From contig WARW01000001.1 of assembly GCA_013387215.1 (NCBI GenBank), positions 119,301 to 183,300 on the forward strand: a stretch of DNA of 64,000 nucleotides, read 5' to 3'. This stretch comes from Patescibacteria group bacterium (lineage in GTDB: Bacteria > Patescibacteriota > Microgenomatia > UBA12405). The position numbers and the translations under genes are program-made. The notes below the pieces were generated by a model. That model did no database searches and was not told the origin of the DNA. It worked only from the letters and a program-made list of their open reading frames with translations. Positions 29,485 through 39,461 of the stretch are shown here, one piece after another. The stretch's first letter is position 1, and each line of letters begins with the position of its first letter.

Positions 29485-30302
29485 TGTTTTGCAATAAATG
29501 TGGTAAAGAAATTAATCAAAATAGTAAATTTTGTAATTATTGTGGAAATAAAATTATTTTAAAAAAAGCTAATCAAAAATCTGAGATTGCGGAACAGACT
29601 CATGTTGAATCTGCTGAAGACTATATTTGGACTTGCGATTATTGTGGTAAGGAATTTGATTCTAAATCTGAATCGGATAGGCATGAAGAAACTTGTGAAA
29701 AAAATCCTAAAAATATTAAAGACGAATCAAAAAATATTTGTTCTAAGTGTGGAAGTGATAATAAAATTGAAGCAAAATTCTGCAAAAAATGTGGGAATGA
29801 AATGTTGGTAGAACAATATAATTATGCTGGTTTTTGGGTTAGATTAGGGGCATGGTTAATTGATTACGCTGGTGTTTTATTTTTTTCAGTAATTATTTAC
29901 ATTGTATTAGCGGTATTTGGATTTGAGTTAGGGGATATTGAGACTGGAGTAGACTATCTTCTTACATATGTTTATATGGTCTTATATTTCACATTTTTTA
30001 TCGCAACATGGTCAACTACTCCTGGTAAAAGAATTTATGGACTGAAAGTTGTTAATGAAGATGGAGGTAAAGTCAGTTGGTCAATGTCTTTTAAAAGAGC
30101 TTTATTGCAACCCCTTTCAACTTTTCTTTTTGGTGTTGGATATGCAGATATGAACAAAAACGGAAAAGAACAAGCTTGGCATGGTAGAAAAAGTCACACA
30201 ATTCTTACACAACAAGAAGGAGCTATTTATTTCTTTCCAATTGTATTATCAATACTAGGTTTTGTAATTTATGCTTGGGTGAGAAGTCTGTCATCAACAT
30301 AA
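29484..30302 (+). CDS. Multi-zinc-finger RDD family protein
   Basis: Two zinc ribbons, a CDYC..H...C finger, AGFWVRLGAWLID and TPGKRIYGLKV. Confidence 0.88.
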   Translation: MFCNKCGKEINQNSKFCNYCGNKIILKKANQKSEIAEQTHVESAEDYIWTCDYCGKEFDSKSESDRHEETCEKNPKNIKDESKNICSKCGSDNKIEAKFCKKCGNEMLVEQYNYAGFWVRLGAWLIDYAGVLFFSVIIYIVLAVFGFELGDIETGVDYLLTYVYMVLYFTFFIATWSTTPGKRIYGLKVVNEDGGKVSWSMSFKRALLQPLSTFLFGVGYADMNKNGKEQAWHGRKSHTILTQQEGAIYFFPIVLSILGFVIYAWVRSLSST

Positions 30303-30643
30303 TTCACAAGTTTTCTGGTTAGCCAAGAAAAAGTCTTATTTTATAATTTTTAATAACAGTGTAAATTGATTAAATATTATCGTGGAGATAGGGGGTAATT
30401 TGTTTTAGTAGTTATTAAATTACTTTACATAAAAATACTCATAAATATACACCAAAAAAGACATAATTGAGTACAAAACTAATTCAATAGTATTCTTTAT
30501 TTCAAAATTCTAAAAAGATTTTATGTAGATAATTTAGATTATTCACATGGTCGTTAACTCGTCATAAAAAGGCAGTTAGTAAGAGGTAATTTTCGTAAAA
30601 CAGTGGTAAATTATGATACATCTAAAAATAGATAAAAATACAA

Positions 30644-31216
30644 ATGACAGTAGAAGAAATTGAAGAAATACTTGAAGCTGGAAAAGAGACCCAAAAGGTT
30701 GATTATAAAGAGTCGTGTCCTTGGGATGAATTTACATTTATTAAAGACTTTCTTGCGATGGCAAATAATCAAGATGGTGGAATGATTGTAATCGGAATGA
30801 AAGAAGATGGTCAAACATTTACGAGACAAGGAATAATACCAGAACACAAAACTACTTATAAGATTGATGTTATGAAAGATAAAGTTGGCAAGTACGCCGA
30901 CCCTTATGTTTTTTTTGATGTTGACTTTCCAAAAGACAAAAACGGTCTTGAATATGTCGTAATAACTATATCCCCATTTGATAAAGTACCAGTCATTTGT
31001 AAAAAAGATGGTAAAGAAAATTTTGTAACAATCGGAAGTATTTACCATCGCGGATTTAATAGGCGAGCTGAGAGTACAAGAGTTTCAAGTTATTTTGATA
31101 TGAGAGAAATTATTGAAAGAGCAACAGTTAAGATGATGCAACACTTTGAAAAATTAGATTTAAAACCATCAAAAACAATAGAGGATAAATTTAAATCAGA
31201 AAGAGGTGACCTATGA
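30644..31216 (+). CDS. Schlafen/AlbA_2 domain protein
   Basis: ETQKVDYKE, KDFLAMANNQDGGMIVIGM, IYHRG. Confidence 0.85.
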   Translation: MTVEEIEEILEAGKETQKVDYKESCPWDEFTFIKDFLAMANNQDGGMIVIGMKEDGQTFTRQGIIPEHKTTYKIDVMKDKVGKYADPYVFFDVDFPKDKNGLEYVVITISPFDKVPVICKKDGKENFVTIGSIYHRGFNRRAESTRVSSYFDMREIIERATVKMMQHFEKLDLKPSKTIEDKFKSERGDL

Positions 31217-31938
31217 CAAGTAATGAAATAATTGCCAAGATTAAAACTAGAGGATATTGGAGAATTGTTTTTGAACCATTAGAGTTTATACCTGATAAGT
31301 ATCCTATTTCAGACTGCAAGGAACTAGTCAATAAAAACAAAGTTAGTATGAGAGGTTGGGACTACCCTCATTATCCTGTTAGACAAGATGATGATTCAAA
31401 ACTTGAACCTGGGAATAACTATTGGCAAGGATGGATTGATTGGGAAAGATATAAAGAATTCTGGAGGTTTTATCAGAGCGGACAATTTGTTCACTATCTT
31501 GGTGTTCGTGAGGACTGGTCGGAAGACATCATTTTCAAAAATATGTGGGAGCAAGGCGATAGAACAATAAAACCAGGAGAGGCGCTCGGGGTAGTAAGTA
31601 CAACCTTTTTAATGACAGAAATTTTTCATTTTTTATCACGACTTATGATTGATGGGGTTTATCAAACAGGTGTAAAAGTCAAAATTTCGCTGATAAATAC
31701 AAGCAATAGACAACTTTTTATTGAGTCTTTTGATAGGGTGCCATTTACTTCACCAAGAACTACTGCAGGTTCAGAATTAAATTACGAAATCACCTTGTCA
31801 AAAGGTGATTTACTGACCGATATAAATAAAGCTGCCGAACAAGTAATTGTATTTTTCTATAAAAGATTTGGTTGGGACCCACCTAATATAGAAGTAATCA
31901 AATCAGACCAAGAAAAACTTGTAAGTGGAAGATTGTAA
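31213..31938 (+). CDS. Hypothetical partner of the AlbA_2 protein
   Basis: ATGA overlap; RGYWR, RGWDYP, EFWRFYQSGQF. Confidence 0.75.
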   Translation: MTSNEIIAKIKTRGYWRIVFEPLEFIPDKYPISDCKELVNKNKVSMRGWDYPHYPVRQDDDSKLEPGNNYWQGWIDWERYKEFWRFYQSGQFVHYLGVREDWSEDIIFKNMWEQGDRTIKPGEALGVVSTTFLMTEIFHFLSRLMIDGVYQTGVKVKISLINTSNRQLFIESFDRVPFTSPRTTAGSELNYEITLSKGDLLTDINKAAEQVIVFFYKRFGWDPPNIEVIKSDQEKLVSGRL

Positions 31939-32132
31939 ATAGTATATCAAAATGTATCAGTAGTATATTTGAAAATATTATAAAAATATAAGTAAGAAAT
32001 GTTTTTATCAGTCAAAGTTCTTTTTATCCTTATTTTTCTATTCACAAACCGCTTTACTGGGCTTACATTCAAAAGTGATGGGTGGGGTATATCTTAATCA
32101 AAATGTACAAGAGATATTGATACAATTCCAAT

Positions 32133-32981
32133 ATGACTACAAATTGGGTAAAAGCTTACAATGCTGGTTACGATTCAGCAAGTCAAACATTCAGAACCCA
32201 TCTAAACTATGTTAAATGCATGGACAGGCTTACTCTTGGTTTGAGTATTACAGTAAACAATTCTGCAAGTCAAACATTATCAAAACAAAAAATAGCAAAG
32301 TTTGAAACTTTGGCTCATATTACTGAAATTAGTATTGGCGGAGAAAAGACTGCATGCGACAATCAAAAGGAATATGCACAGGTGGCATCACCTTGGATAC
32401 CTGTTAAGTGTTACTACTACCTATATTATCTTGAATCTGTATTCCTTTATTTACTAAACAGTTCTGAAGCTGGATTTAACCATAATGGTCACTCAACTGT
32501 GAAAAGCATGTTGTTATCAATGATAAAAAATAATGAGATTACTTTAGTTGGTTCTGGGTCGTCAAGTTTGTCAACCATCACTACATGGCTCCAAGCTGAT
32601 AATTTTAAAACACCAGGTTCAACACTTAGCCCAAGCTATCATTCATCTACAGACTGTGAGAACTCATTGAGAGGAAAAATTGCTGAATACATTGAGGTTG
32701 ATTGGAAACAGAGTTTAAAAATAAAAGACTATAAAAAAAATACAGCTAAAAATCTGAAGGTAACTCTTCTCCAACCAAAAGAATTCTGTTTATTGGACTA
32801 TTTTTACTGGATGAGAATCAAATCAAATTATCGCGATATTGATTTTCTTGATTTTGATAATAATGTAAATGAAAGTGATGCCTATGAGTATTTAACATAT
32901 TATATTAAAACAACTTTTCAGTATGCCAATGCACTAAAATCTTCTATTCAAGCTTTAAAACAAAATAGGGGAATGGTGTAA
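32133..32981 (+). CDS. HEPN-like protein
   Basis: 'CYYYLYY...H' helix and RIKSNY (Rx4Y HEPN variant). Confidence 0.6.
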   Translation: MTTNWVKAYNAGYDSASQTFRTHLNYVKCMDRLTLGLSITVNNSASQTLSKQKIAKFETLAHITEISIGGEKTACDNQKEYAQVASPWIPVKCYYYLYYLESVFLYLLNSSEAGFNHNGHSTVKSMLLSMIKNNEITLVGSGSSSLSTITTWLQADNFKTPGSTLSPSYHSSTDCENSLRGKIAEYIEVDWKQSLKIKDYKKNTAKNLKVTLLQPKEFCLLDYFYWMRIKSNYRDIDFLDFDNNVNESDAYEYLTYYIKTTFQYANALKSSIQALKQNRGMV

Positions 32982-33020
32982 AAGTCTTAATTTGTTAGTC
33001 AAAATGATATCATTTGTCTA

Positions 33021-33479
33021 ATGATTGAAGAAAAATTAAATTCAGTATTAACGGGGGTATCTGGGGAATATTTTGTAGCTGCAGAATTGTCTAAAAGAGG
33101 ATTTTTAGCTTCAATTACTTTAAGAAACACCAAGGGTGTTGATATTCTTTGTTCAAACTCAGATGCATCCAAAACAGTCGGAATACAAGTTAAATCAAAC
33201 AAGGGTTCAAATAGAAGTTGGATATTAAATCAAAAAGCTGAAGATTATTTTGCTGATAGTCTGTTTTATGTTTTTGTTTGTCTGAATGATAATCAAAAAC
33301 ATCCTGATTATTTTATTGTTCCAAGTAAGGTTGTTGCCAATTACTGCAAGAGCGGTCATTCAAATTGGCTAAAAACACCAAGCAAGAAAGGACAACAACA
33401 CAAAGATACTCCAATGAGAAAATTTGACGACCCAAAAGAAAATTATTTAGACAAATGGAATTTATTACTAGGGGAATAG
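33021..33479 (+). CDS. PD-(D/E)XK nuclease-fold protein
   Basis: GEYFVAAEL, GVDIL, IQVKS. Confidence 0.8.
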   Translation: MIEEKLNSVLTGVSGEYFVAAELSKRGFLASITLRNTKGVDILCSNSDASKTVGIQVKSNKGSNRSWILNQKAEDYFADSLFYVFVCLNDNQKHPDYFIVPSKVVANYCKSGHSNWLKTPSKKGQQHKDTPMRKFDDPKENYLDKWNLLLGE

Positions 33480-33506
33480 TCAGTTGTTTAATTGTTTATT
33501 TTTAGA

Positions 33507-35063
33507 TTAAAACCCACAAACAGCAGTCCTGATTGAATCTAGGACGGGGAGCAAGTTGCTTGTTAATATAAGTGATTTTTGTTTGATCAGCTCAGCCACT
33601 AAAGGAGAATATTCCACACTTACAATGTTTTTATTATCCACATTAATTCTATTGAAGAAAAAATTTAAATATCTTCTTTTAAGAAAAACGGGGGAGTTAG
33701 AATAAGTTTTTGGGATATTTCTTGTAATGGAGAGCACTTCTGAAAGCAAATCAAAATCAAATTCTCTATTCGTATCCAATTTAGCCAATTCAGTATTTAC
33801 ACAATAAATATCATTCTGAATAATCGGATTTTGTGCTTTATAGTCTTCAGGTTCAATAGTTTCATCAAGTAAACGTGCCAATAAAATCTCAGCCTTTTTA
33901 GTTAACTCATTCTTCCTTCTCATAAGTCTATTTCTTTCCTTATCCTCTTCCTTTTTTCGCTCTTTTAGATATCTCTTTATTTTTACGACTAAAGCATTTG
34001 TAAACGCTTTTGAAAATTTAATATTTTGGAAATAGTTTTCAACCTTTCCTTCTAATTCATTTACTTCAACGCTTGGAGCATCACACGGAAACCTTTTGGC
34101 GCAATGATATATGCCATATTTTCCATCCCATTTTGCAAACTTAACATTATCATAATGATATTCTGCGGTATATCTCTGACCGCAACGATCACAAAAAATA
34201 ACGCCTCTTAAAAGGAAATCGTATTTTCTTTCCCTTATAATAAAATTTCTATGTTTAGCAGCTACCTGTTGGCACAAATCGAATGTCCGTTTAGAAATCA
34301 AAGGAATATGTTTACCAAGTTTTTGCTGCCCTTTCCATTGCATTAGACCATAATAAAAAGGATTGGTTAGAATTTTATTCATTGTGGAATGTGCTAATGG
34401 TTTTCCAGTTCTTGTTCTTAACCCCTTTTTTGATAAAAAGCTAATAAGACGAAACAAACTATAATTACCAGTCGAATATTTTTTAAAAGCAAGTGTAATA
34501 AAAGGACTAATTTTCTTATCGATTACAACTATTCCTTTATTATTCTTCCTTTGATTTTTGTAACCTAAAGGTGCCCATCCAGGCCACCAACCTTCTTCCC
34601 ATTTTCGGTCTAACCCTCTTTTAGTTTTTCTACTCAGGTCTTCTGAATAAAATTGATTTATACCTGCCATAAATGTATCCAACATCTTTCCTTCTGGAGA
34701 TTCGTCAAGCATAGGCTGTACAACCGAGATTAGTCTTGTGCCCACCGCTTTTATTCTTTCTTTAATTAAAAAATGGTCTGTTGCATTACGAGCGAATCTA
34801 TCGGTGTTATATACAATTATTGCTGCAGGTTTTATTGTATCCACCTGCTCTAACATTTTTAGAAATTCAGGTCTGTTTGAAACCGTAGCACTTTGACCTT
34901 CATCAACAAACGTATTTAAAACATTGTAATGTTGCCTTTTAGCCTCTTTTAGACAAATATCTTTTTGAGCATCAATAGAGTACCCTTCTTTTGCTTGTTC
35001 TTCAGTAGAAACTCTACAATAAATAAAACAATTTAATTTATTATTATCGTTTTCCATATCCAT
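33507..35063 (-). CDS. Large serine recombinase (integrase 2)
   Basis: YCRVST, DEGQSA..RP, DRFARN, APLGY, CDRCG...YHC..C. Confidence 0.94.
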   Translation of the reverse strand: MDMENDNNKLNCFIYCRVSTEEQAKEGYSIDAQKDICLKEAKRQHYNVLNTFVDEGQSATVSNRPEFLKMLEQVDTIKPAAIIVYNTDRFARNATDHFLIKERIKAVGTRLISVVQPMLDESPEGKMLDTFMAGINQFYSEDLSRKTKRGLDRKWEEGWWPGWAPLGYKNQRKNNKGIVVIDKKISPFITLAFKKYSTGNYSLFRLISFLSKKGLRTRTGKPLAHSTMNKILTNPFYYGLMQWKGQQKLGKHIPLISKRTFDLCQQVAAKHRNFIIRERKYDFLLRGVIFCDRCGQRYTAEYHYDNVKFAKWDGKYGIYHCAKRFPCDAPSVEVNELEGKVENYFQNIKFSKAFTNALVVKIKRYLKERKKEEDKERNRLMRRKNELTKKAEILLARLLDETIEPEDYKAQNPIIQNDIYCVNTELAKLDTNREFDFDLLSEVLSITRNIPKTYSNSPVFLKRRYLNFFFNRINVDNKNIVSVEYSPLVAELIKQKSLILTSNLLPVLDSIRTAVCGF

Positions 35064-35095
35064 TTAACTAAATAATTAATAATATAATCTAACGG

Positions 35096-35302
35096 TTATT
35101 TAGGACAACTTTTATCATTATTAATATTATTTTCTAATCCATTCTTGCTAAGACATTCTTTCGATTTATCTACATTCAATACTTGTATTTTCTTCTGGCT
35201 TTGCTGATATTCAATAGTAGCCATTGCTATTTCAAACCACTGGTTTACAGCTGTATCTAAGCTGCTTTCCGTTAAAGCAGGTAATTTTTTACCTATATCC
35301 AT
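35096..35302 (-). CDS. Small hypothetical protein
   Basis: ORF with SD AAGGAG, upstream of integrase 2. Confidence 0.55.
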   Translation of the reverse strand: MDIGKKLPALTESSLDTAVNQWFEIAMATIEYQQSQKKIQVLNVDKSKECLSKNGLENNINNDKSCPK

Positions 35303-35391
35303 AAAGACTCCTTACTCACATCCATAAGTGCGGATACTTATCAGGAGCCTGTGGATAGGCTTTGAACGAGAATTAATTAATAATTAATAAC

Positions 35392-35655
35392 TTACATAGT
35401 TATATTTTTTGCCTTATATAACTCATTTTTAAATCTATCAACGCTTTCTAATAGGTCGATAGGGTGAATCATTGGCGCTGTCCGGTTATAAAAGGCGTTA
35501 ATAGCCTTGATGACTATTGCTTCAGGTGAAAATTTAAAATAAATTATTCCGGCAATTTCTTCAGTTCCAAGATAATTCAATTCAGGTAATAAAAAAAGGA
35601 AAGGTATAAGGCGTTTGTCTTTTTCGAAATGTATTTTATAGTTTTGCTTATCCAT
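35392..35655 (-). CDS. Small protein resembling the DUF5659-like 24188..24421 product
   Basis: 'IYFKFS...INAFY...IHP..LLE....FKNELY' similar spacing. Confidence 0.5.
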   Translation of the reverse strand: MDKQNYKIHFEKDKRLIPFLFLLPELNYLGTEEIAGIIYFKFSPEAIVIKAINAFYNRTAPMIHPIDLLESVDRFKNELYKAKNITM

Positions 35656-35879
35656 AATAAATCCATAAATTAGGTGAATGGTAAATAATAAAAAAAACCG
35701 CGGCATTCACCTCGGTTTCACTTTCGAATAAGCTCTTCCCTGTGGATAGGGATTAAACCTATATAAACGATATCAAATGATATCTTTACTGTCAAACATT
35801 AGGAAAAGACACTTAATCACCCCTCTTTTACCCCCTTTATAGCACCTATAAAACACCTAAGTCTTACACGAATCAGAAA

Positions 35880-36212
35880 TTAGTTGTTATATTTCAAGTT
35901 AAAAGCATCATCCGACATGGACAAGTATATAATCCCTTCAATAAAGCTAACTAACCAAAGAATTACCAGTCCTATTCCAAATGTGAGTAAGCTAATTACT
36001 AAATAAATTATTCCGACTTTGCTTTTTCCTAAATAAAATTTGTGGATTCCTAAACCCCCTAAGAAAAAGGCAAATAAGGCAGCTCCTACTTTAGATCTAT
36101 TTTCTTTCTTTAAAGAAGGTTGTCTAACTCCACACTTAGGGCACACCTCTGCTTCTTCAAATAACTCATTTCCACACTTATAACAGAACTTTTTACTGTT
36201 ATTATCCACCAT
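35880..36212 (-). CDS. Zinc-ribbon + TM2 (NINE) domain protein
   Basis: CYKCG..CPKCG; AALFAFFLGGLGIHKFYLG. Confidence 0.9.
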   Translation of the reverse strand: MVDNNSKKFCYKCGNELFEEAEVCPKCGVRQPSLKKENRSKVGAALFAFFLGGLGIHKFYLGKSKVGIIYLVISLLTFGIGLVILWLVSFIEGIIYLSMSDDAFNLKYNN

Positions 36213-36375
36213 AACTGTATTATATATGATTTGTAATATTTCTCAACTTTAGTCTAAAAAGTAAGACTAATATTTATAAATAATTTGAACAGTAATTTCT
36301 GTAATTTTTAACCAAAAAGAACAAATCTCTTGTTTAAATTTTTGTAATAGTGAGTACAATATCAGTAAATCGTAT

Positions 36376-37818
36376 ATGGATCTAAGATTTTCAAAATATT
36401 TTAAATTAGAAAAAAAACAGCATGAGCTTGATTTTGTTGATGTACCTTTAAATACTGATATTCGACTATTTATTGACCCTTACACGCTCTCTATAAGAAG
36501 CGACGAATTTTCAATGCAATGTAGCAATATAGTTATAAATTTTTTTCAAAGAATAATTGATGATATTAAAGACGGTCGATTTGAAAGTGCAAAATATAAC
36601 TTGAATAGACTTAGAGAACCTAATGAAACACACCTTGGTTTATCAAATGAAAATCCAATAGGTAAAGGAGTAAGTGGTAAACAGTCAATCGATATTTTTG
36701 AAAAATTAAAAAATAGTAGAGCTACAAAAACTGGTTTTTTAAAAGATTTATCTGATTGTGAATTGGTAATACCAGGGATTAGTAGGGATAAAATTTCCGA
36801 CATAGTTACTAATATTATTAAGATAAAATTATTAGAATATACACAGGCACAGTGTAATACATATAATATTCCCACCATTCCCGTTTCTTCAGGAAAATAT
36901 TGGAATCCCCAAAAAGGTATATGGGAAGAAGAATATTTTAATTTGCCTGTATATAAAAATAAAAAAATTATTTTAGTTCCTAAAGCAATTGTTCGTTATA
37001 CCTTAGAATACAATCAAAAAAAATATTACAATGGTTTCGTTTTAGAGTTTCTGCAGGAAGAACATCTCAATGCCAATACAGCCTTAGTACAATTGTTAAA
37101 AAATGGTACAAGAAGGGTAACTAAAAAGGATTTAAAAAAAGATCCTCGTTATAAACCAACAAAACAATTTTTATATGAATTTTCTAACGAGCATCCAGAA
37201 GTATTCGAGAAATACACTGACTCTCTACCTGAAAATGTTCCTTCATTATCAAATGAACAAATAGAGGCTAAACAACAAATTAGTGAAGATTTCGATTATG
37301 ATGCTTTAATCGAAAATCTTAAAAAGATTCCTACTGGTAAAGAAACTGAAGACGATTACCACAACTTGATAATAGGTATCTTAGAAGTAATTTTTTATCC
37401 AAATTTATTTAGCCCAGAAAAGGAAGTTCGAATTCATAATGGTAGGAAAAGAATAGATATTACTTATCAAAATGCAGCTAAGGATGGATTTTTTGAATAC
37501 ATAATTAACCACGTACCTTGTCCCTTTATTATCGCTGAATGTAAAAACTATAGTGAAGATCCTCAAAACCCAGAACTCGATCAATTAAGCGGTAGGTTTT
37601 CACCAAGAAGAGGTAGATTCGGCTTTTTAGTTTGTAGAAAAGTTGAAAATAAGGATTTGATGGATCAAAGATGTAAAGATACCGCGTGTGATGATAGAGG
37701 TTACATAATGGTGTTAGATGATAATGACTTGATAACTCTTATTAATTTTAGAAAAAGAAATGATCAACAATCGATTGAAGATTTTTTAACTAAAAAATAT
37801 AAAAACTTAGTAATGTAA
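36376..37818 (+). CDS. Protein with C-terminal restriction-endonuclease-like domain
   Basis: E...GRKRIDI...IAECKNY...QL (PD-(D/E)XK). Confidence 0.75.
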   Translation: MDLRFSKYFKLEKKQHELDFVDVPLNTDIRLFIDPYTLSIRSDEFSMQCSNIVINFFQRIIDDIKDGRFESAKYNLNRLREPNETHLGLSNENPIGKGVSGKQSIDIFEKLKNSRATKTGFLKDLSDCELVIPGISRDKISDIVTNIIKIKLLEYTQAQCNTYNIPTIPVSSGKYWNPQKGIWEEEYFNLPVYKNKKIILVPKAIVRYTLEYNQKKYYNGFVLEFLQEEHLNANTALVQLLKNGTRRVTKKDLKKDPRYKPTKQFLYEFSNEHPEVFEKYTDSLPENVPSLSNEQIEAKQQISEDFDYDALIENLKKIPTGKETEDDYHNLIIGILEVIFYPNLFSPEKEVRIHNGRKRIDITYQNAAKDGFFEYIINHVPCPFIIAECKNYSEDPQNPELDQLSGRFSPRRGRFGFLVCRKVENKDLMDQRCKDTACDDRGYIMVLDDNDLITLINFRKRNDQQSIEDFLTKKYKNLVM

Positions 37819-37820
37819 AA

Positions 37821-38558
37821 ATGAAGAAGATACGAAGAAGTAGCTTAAGAAGCCATAAGATAAAAAACAAAGAATTGGAATCTATATTTTCAGGATTAAA
37901 AATGAGCCAAGTTTACTGGCATAAAGATTTGCTTCCAGAATTTTTCTGGATAGAAGCACTTGTTAATTATTATGGAGAAGAGAGAGCAAATCATTATTAC
38001 AACGAATTTTTAGATTCTATTGAAAAGATATTTATTAATAATTCAAATATATATATTGGTATAGTAAGTGATTTTGGAGATATACCAGAAAAATATAGAA
38101 ATAAAATTGTAGAAAATAATAAATTATTAATTGAAGATGTAATTTACAAACCATTTGCGAATATTATAAAAATTTATCCAAATATTCCAATGAAATGGTT
38201 ATTGCAAGGTTTTGACTTATCAAAGATCGATGAACAAGATGGAATAAAACAAGTTGTTGAAGCTATTAAAAGACTGTATCCTGCAAAGGATAATCATTGT
38301 GGTTTTTGTAGGGCAATTCCACTTAATAGATATTTTAAACATAAAAAAATATTTCTAACGTCAAATTTAGCAGAAACAATAAAAGCAGTTGAACAATATC
38401 CATTGGGAGATAGATACAGGGTTGAAACTTTAGCAAGAAATATAATTAACCACGATATCTTAAATAAAATTAACTCTTGTATGATCTCTGATAAGTTACT
38501 TTGGTCAAAAGATTTTTGGTGTACTAATTATAAATTGACAAAATGTGATGAACAATGA
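37821..38558 (+). CDS. Hypothetical protein
   Basis: Tightly packed middle gene of an operon. Confidence 0.7.
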   Translation: MKKIRRSSLRSHKIKNKELESIFSGLKMSQVYWHKDLLPEFFWIEALVNYYGEERANHYYNEFLDSIEKIFINNSNIYIGIVSDFGDIPEKYRNKIVENNKLLIEDVIYKPFANIIKIYPNIPMKWLLQGFDLSKIDEQDGIKQVVEAIKRLYPAKDNHCGFCRAIPLNRYFKHKKIFLTSNLAETIKAVEQYPLGDRYRVETLARNIINHDILNKINSCMISDKLLWSKDFWCTNYKLTKCDEQ

Positions 38559-39355
38559 TTTCAAAAAAACAAAGAAGCTCTATAAATAAACTCAGACAAG
38601 CAACTAATCGCGGAAGAATAATGATTGATGATGTATTAGAGATCATCAGGAACCAAGTAGACAATCAACAAGTAAACATATATGAACCAGAAGAAAACGA
38701 AGTGATAAATGGATTATTTTTTAGAGTTCTACGTTTTTATCACTCTTATGTAATAAGTTTTCACTTTTGGGCAGAAGATATGCATAGAATAATTACAAGA
38801 ACCATTATTGAATCATTTATTTATCTTTCATATTTAATAAATACCAATAAAAAAGAAATCTACCTGGAATTTATTAAATATGGTATTGGTCAAGAAAAGT
38901 TATATAAACTCCAATTAGCAAAATTAATTGAAGAGAAAAAAATACAACCGTCAAGTGAAATAATAGATTATATAAATTCTGATAGTGATGAGGAAATTTG
39001 GGATGAATTAATATCAATAAAATTAAAAAATTTTGAGGACTTGAGAAAACTGTCAAATAAAATAAACGAAAGCGAACTTTACAGTATTAAATATCAACCC
39101 TATTCTGATGTCATACACGGACATTGGATGGCTTTAAAAAAATATTATCTAAAGAAATGTTCTAACCCAATGCATAGATTTCATTACATACCAAACTTTA
39201 TATTGCCAAACATTAATCCAATAGGTTTAGTTGAAATTACTAATCTCTTTTATCAATGCTATTTATTATGGATTAAGAAAAATAATTTTGAAAATAAAAT
39301 TGAGAAAGTAATTGATTCTTATCTAAATGATTTAAATCAAATATTCTCAATATAA
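38555..39355 (+). CDS. DUF5677-like (HEPN-related) protein
   Basis: RTIIESFIYLSYL and Y...SDVIHG motifs. Confidence 0.7.
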   Translation: MISKKQRSSINKLRQATNRGRIMIDDVLEIIRNQVDNQQVNIYEPEENEVINGLFFRVLRFYHSYVISFHFWAEDMHRIITRTIIESFIYLSYLINTNKKEIYLEFIKYGIGQEKLYKLQLAKLIEEKKIQPSSEIIDYINSDSDEEIWDELISIKLKNFEDLRKLSNKINESELYSIKYQPYSDVIHGHWMALKKYYLKKCSNPMHRFHYIPNFILPNINPIGLVEITNLFYQCYLLWIKKNNFENKIEKVIDSYLNDLNQIFSI

Positions 39356-39461
39356 AATTAAATATCTACACTGAGTGTAAGACCAGTCGAACCAAAATTA
39401 TTTATAACATCAATTATTTTTTTAATCGATTCATTTATATTAAGACTTGGACTGGGGAGCA

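Larger units (their letters stand above)
21598..33552. mobile_element. Integrative island 1 at tRNA-Asn
   Basis: Serine integrase abutting the tRNA; GGGGAGC core at 21591-21597 recurs at 33546-33552; accessory and defence-like cargo. Confidence 0.75.
33553..39460. mobile_element. Integrative island 2 (tandem with island 1)
   Basis: Bounded by GGGGAGC cores at 33546-33552 and 39454-39460; integrase, DUF5659-like gene, defence-like trio. Confidence 0.7.
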
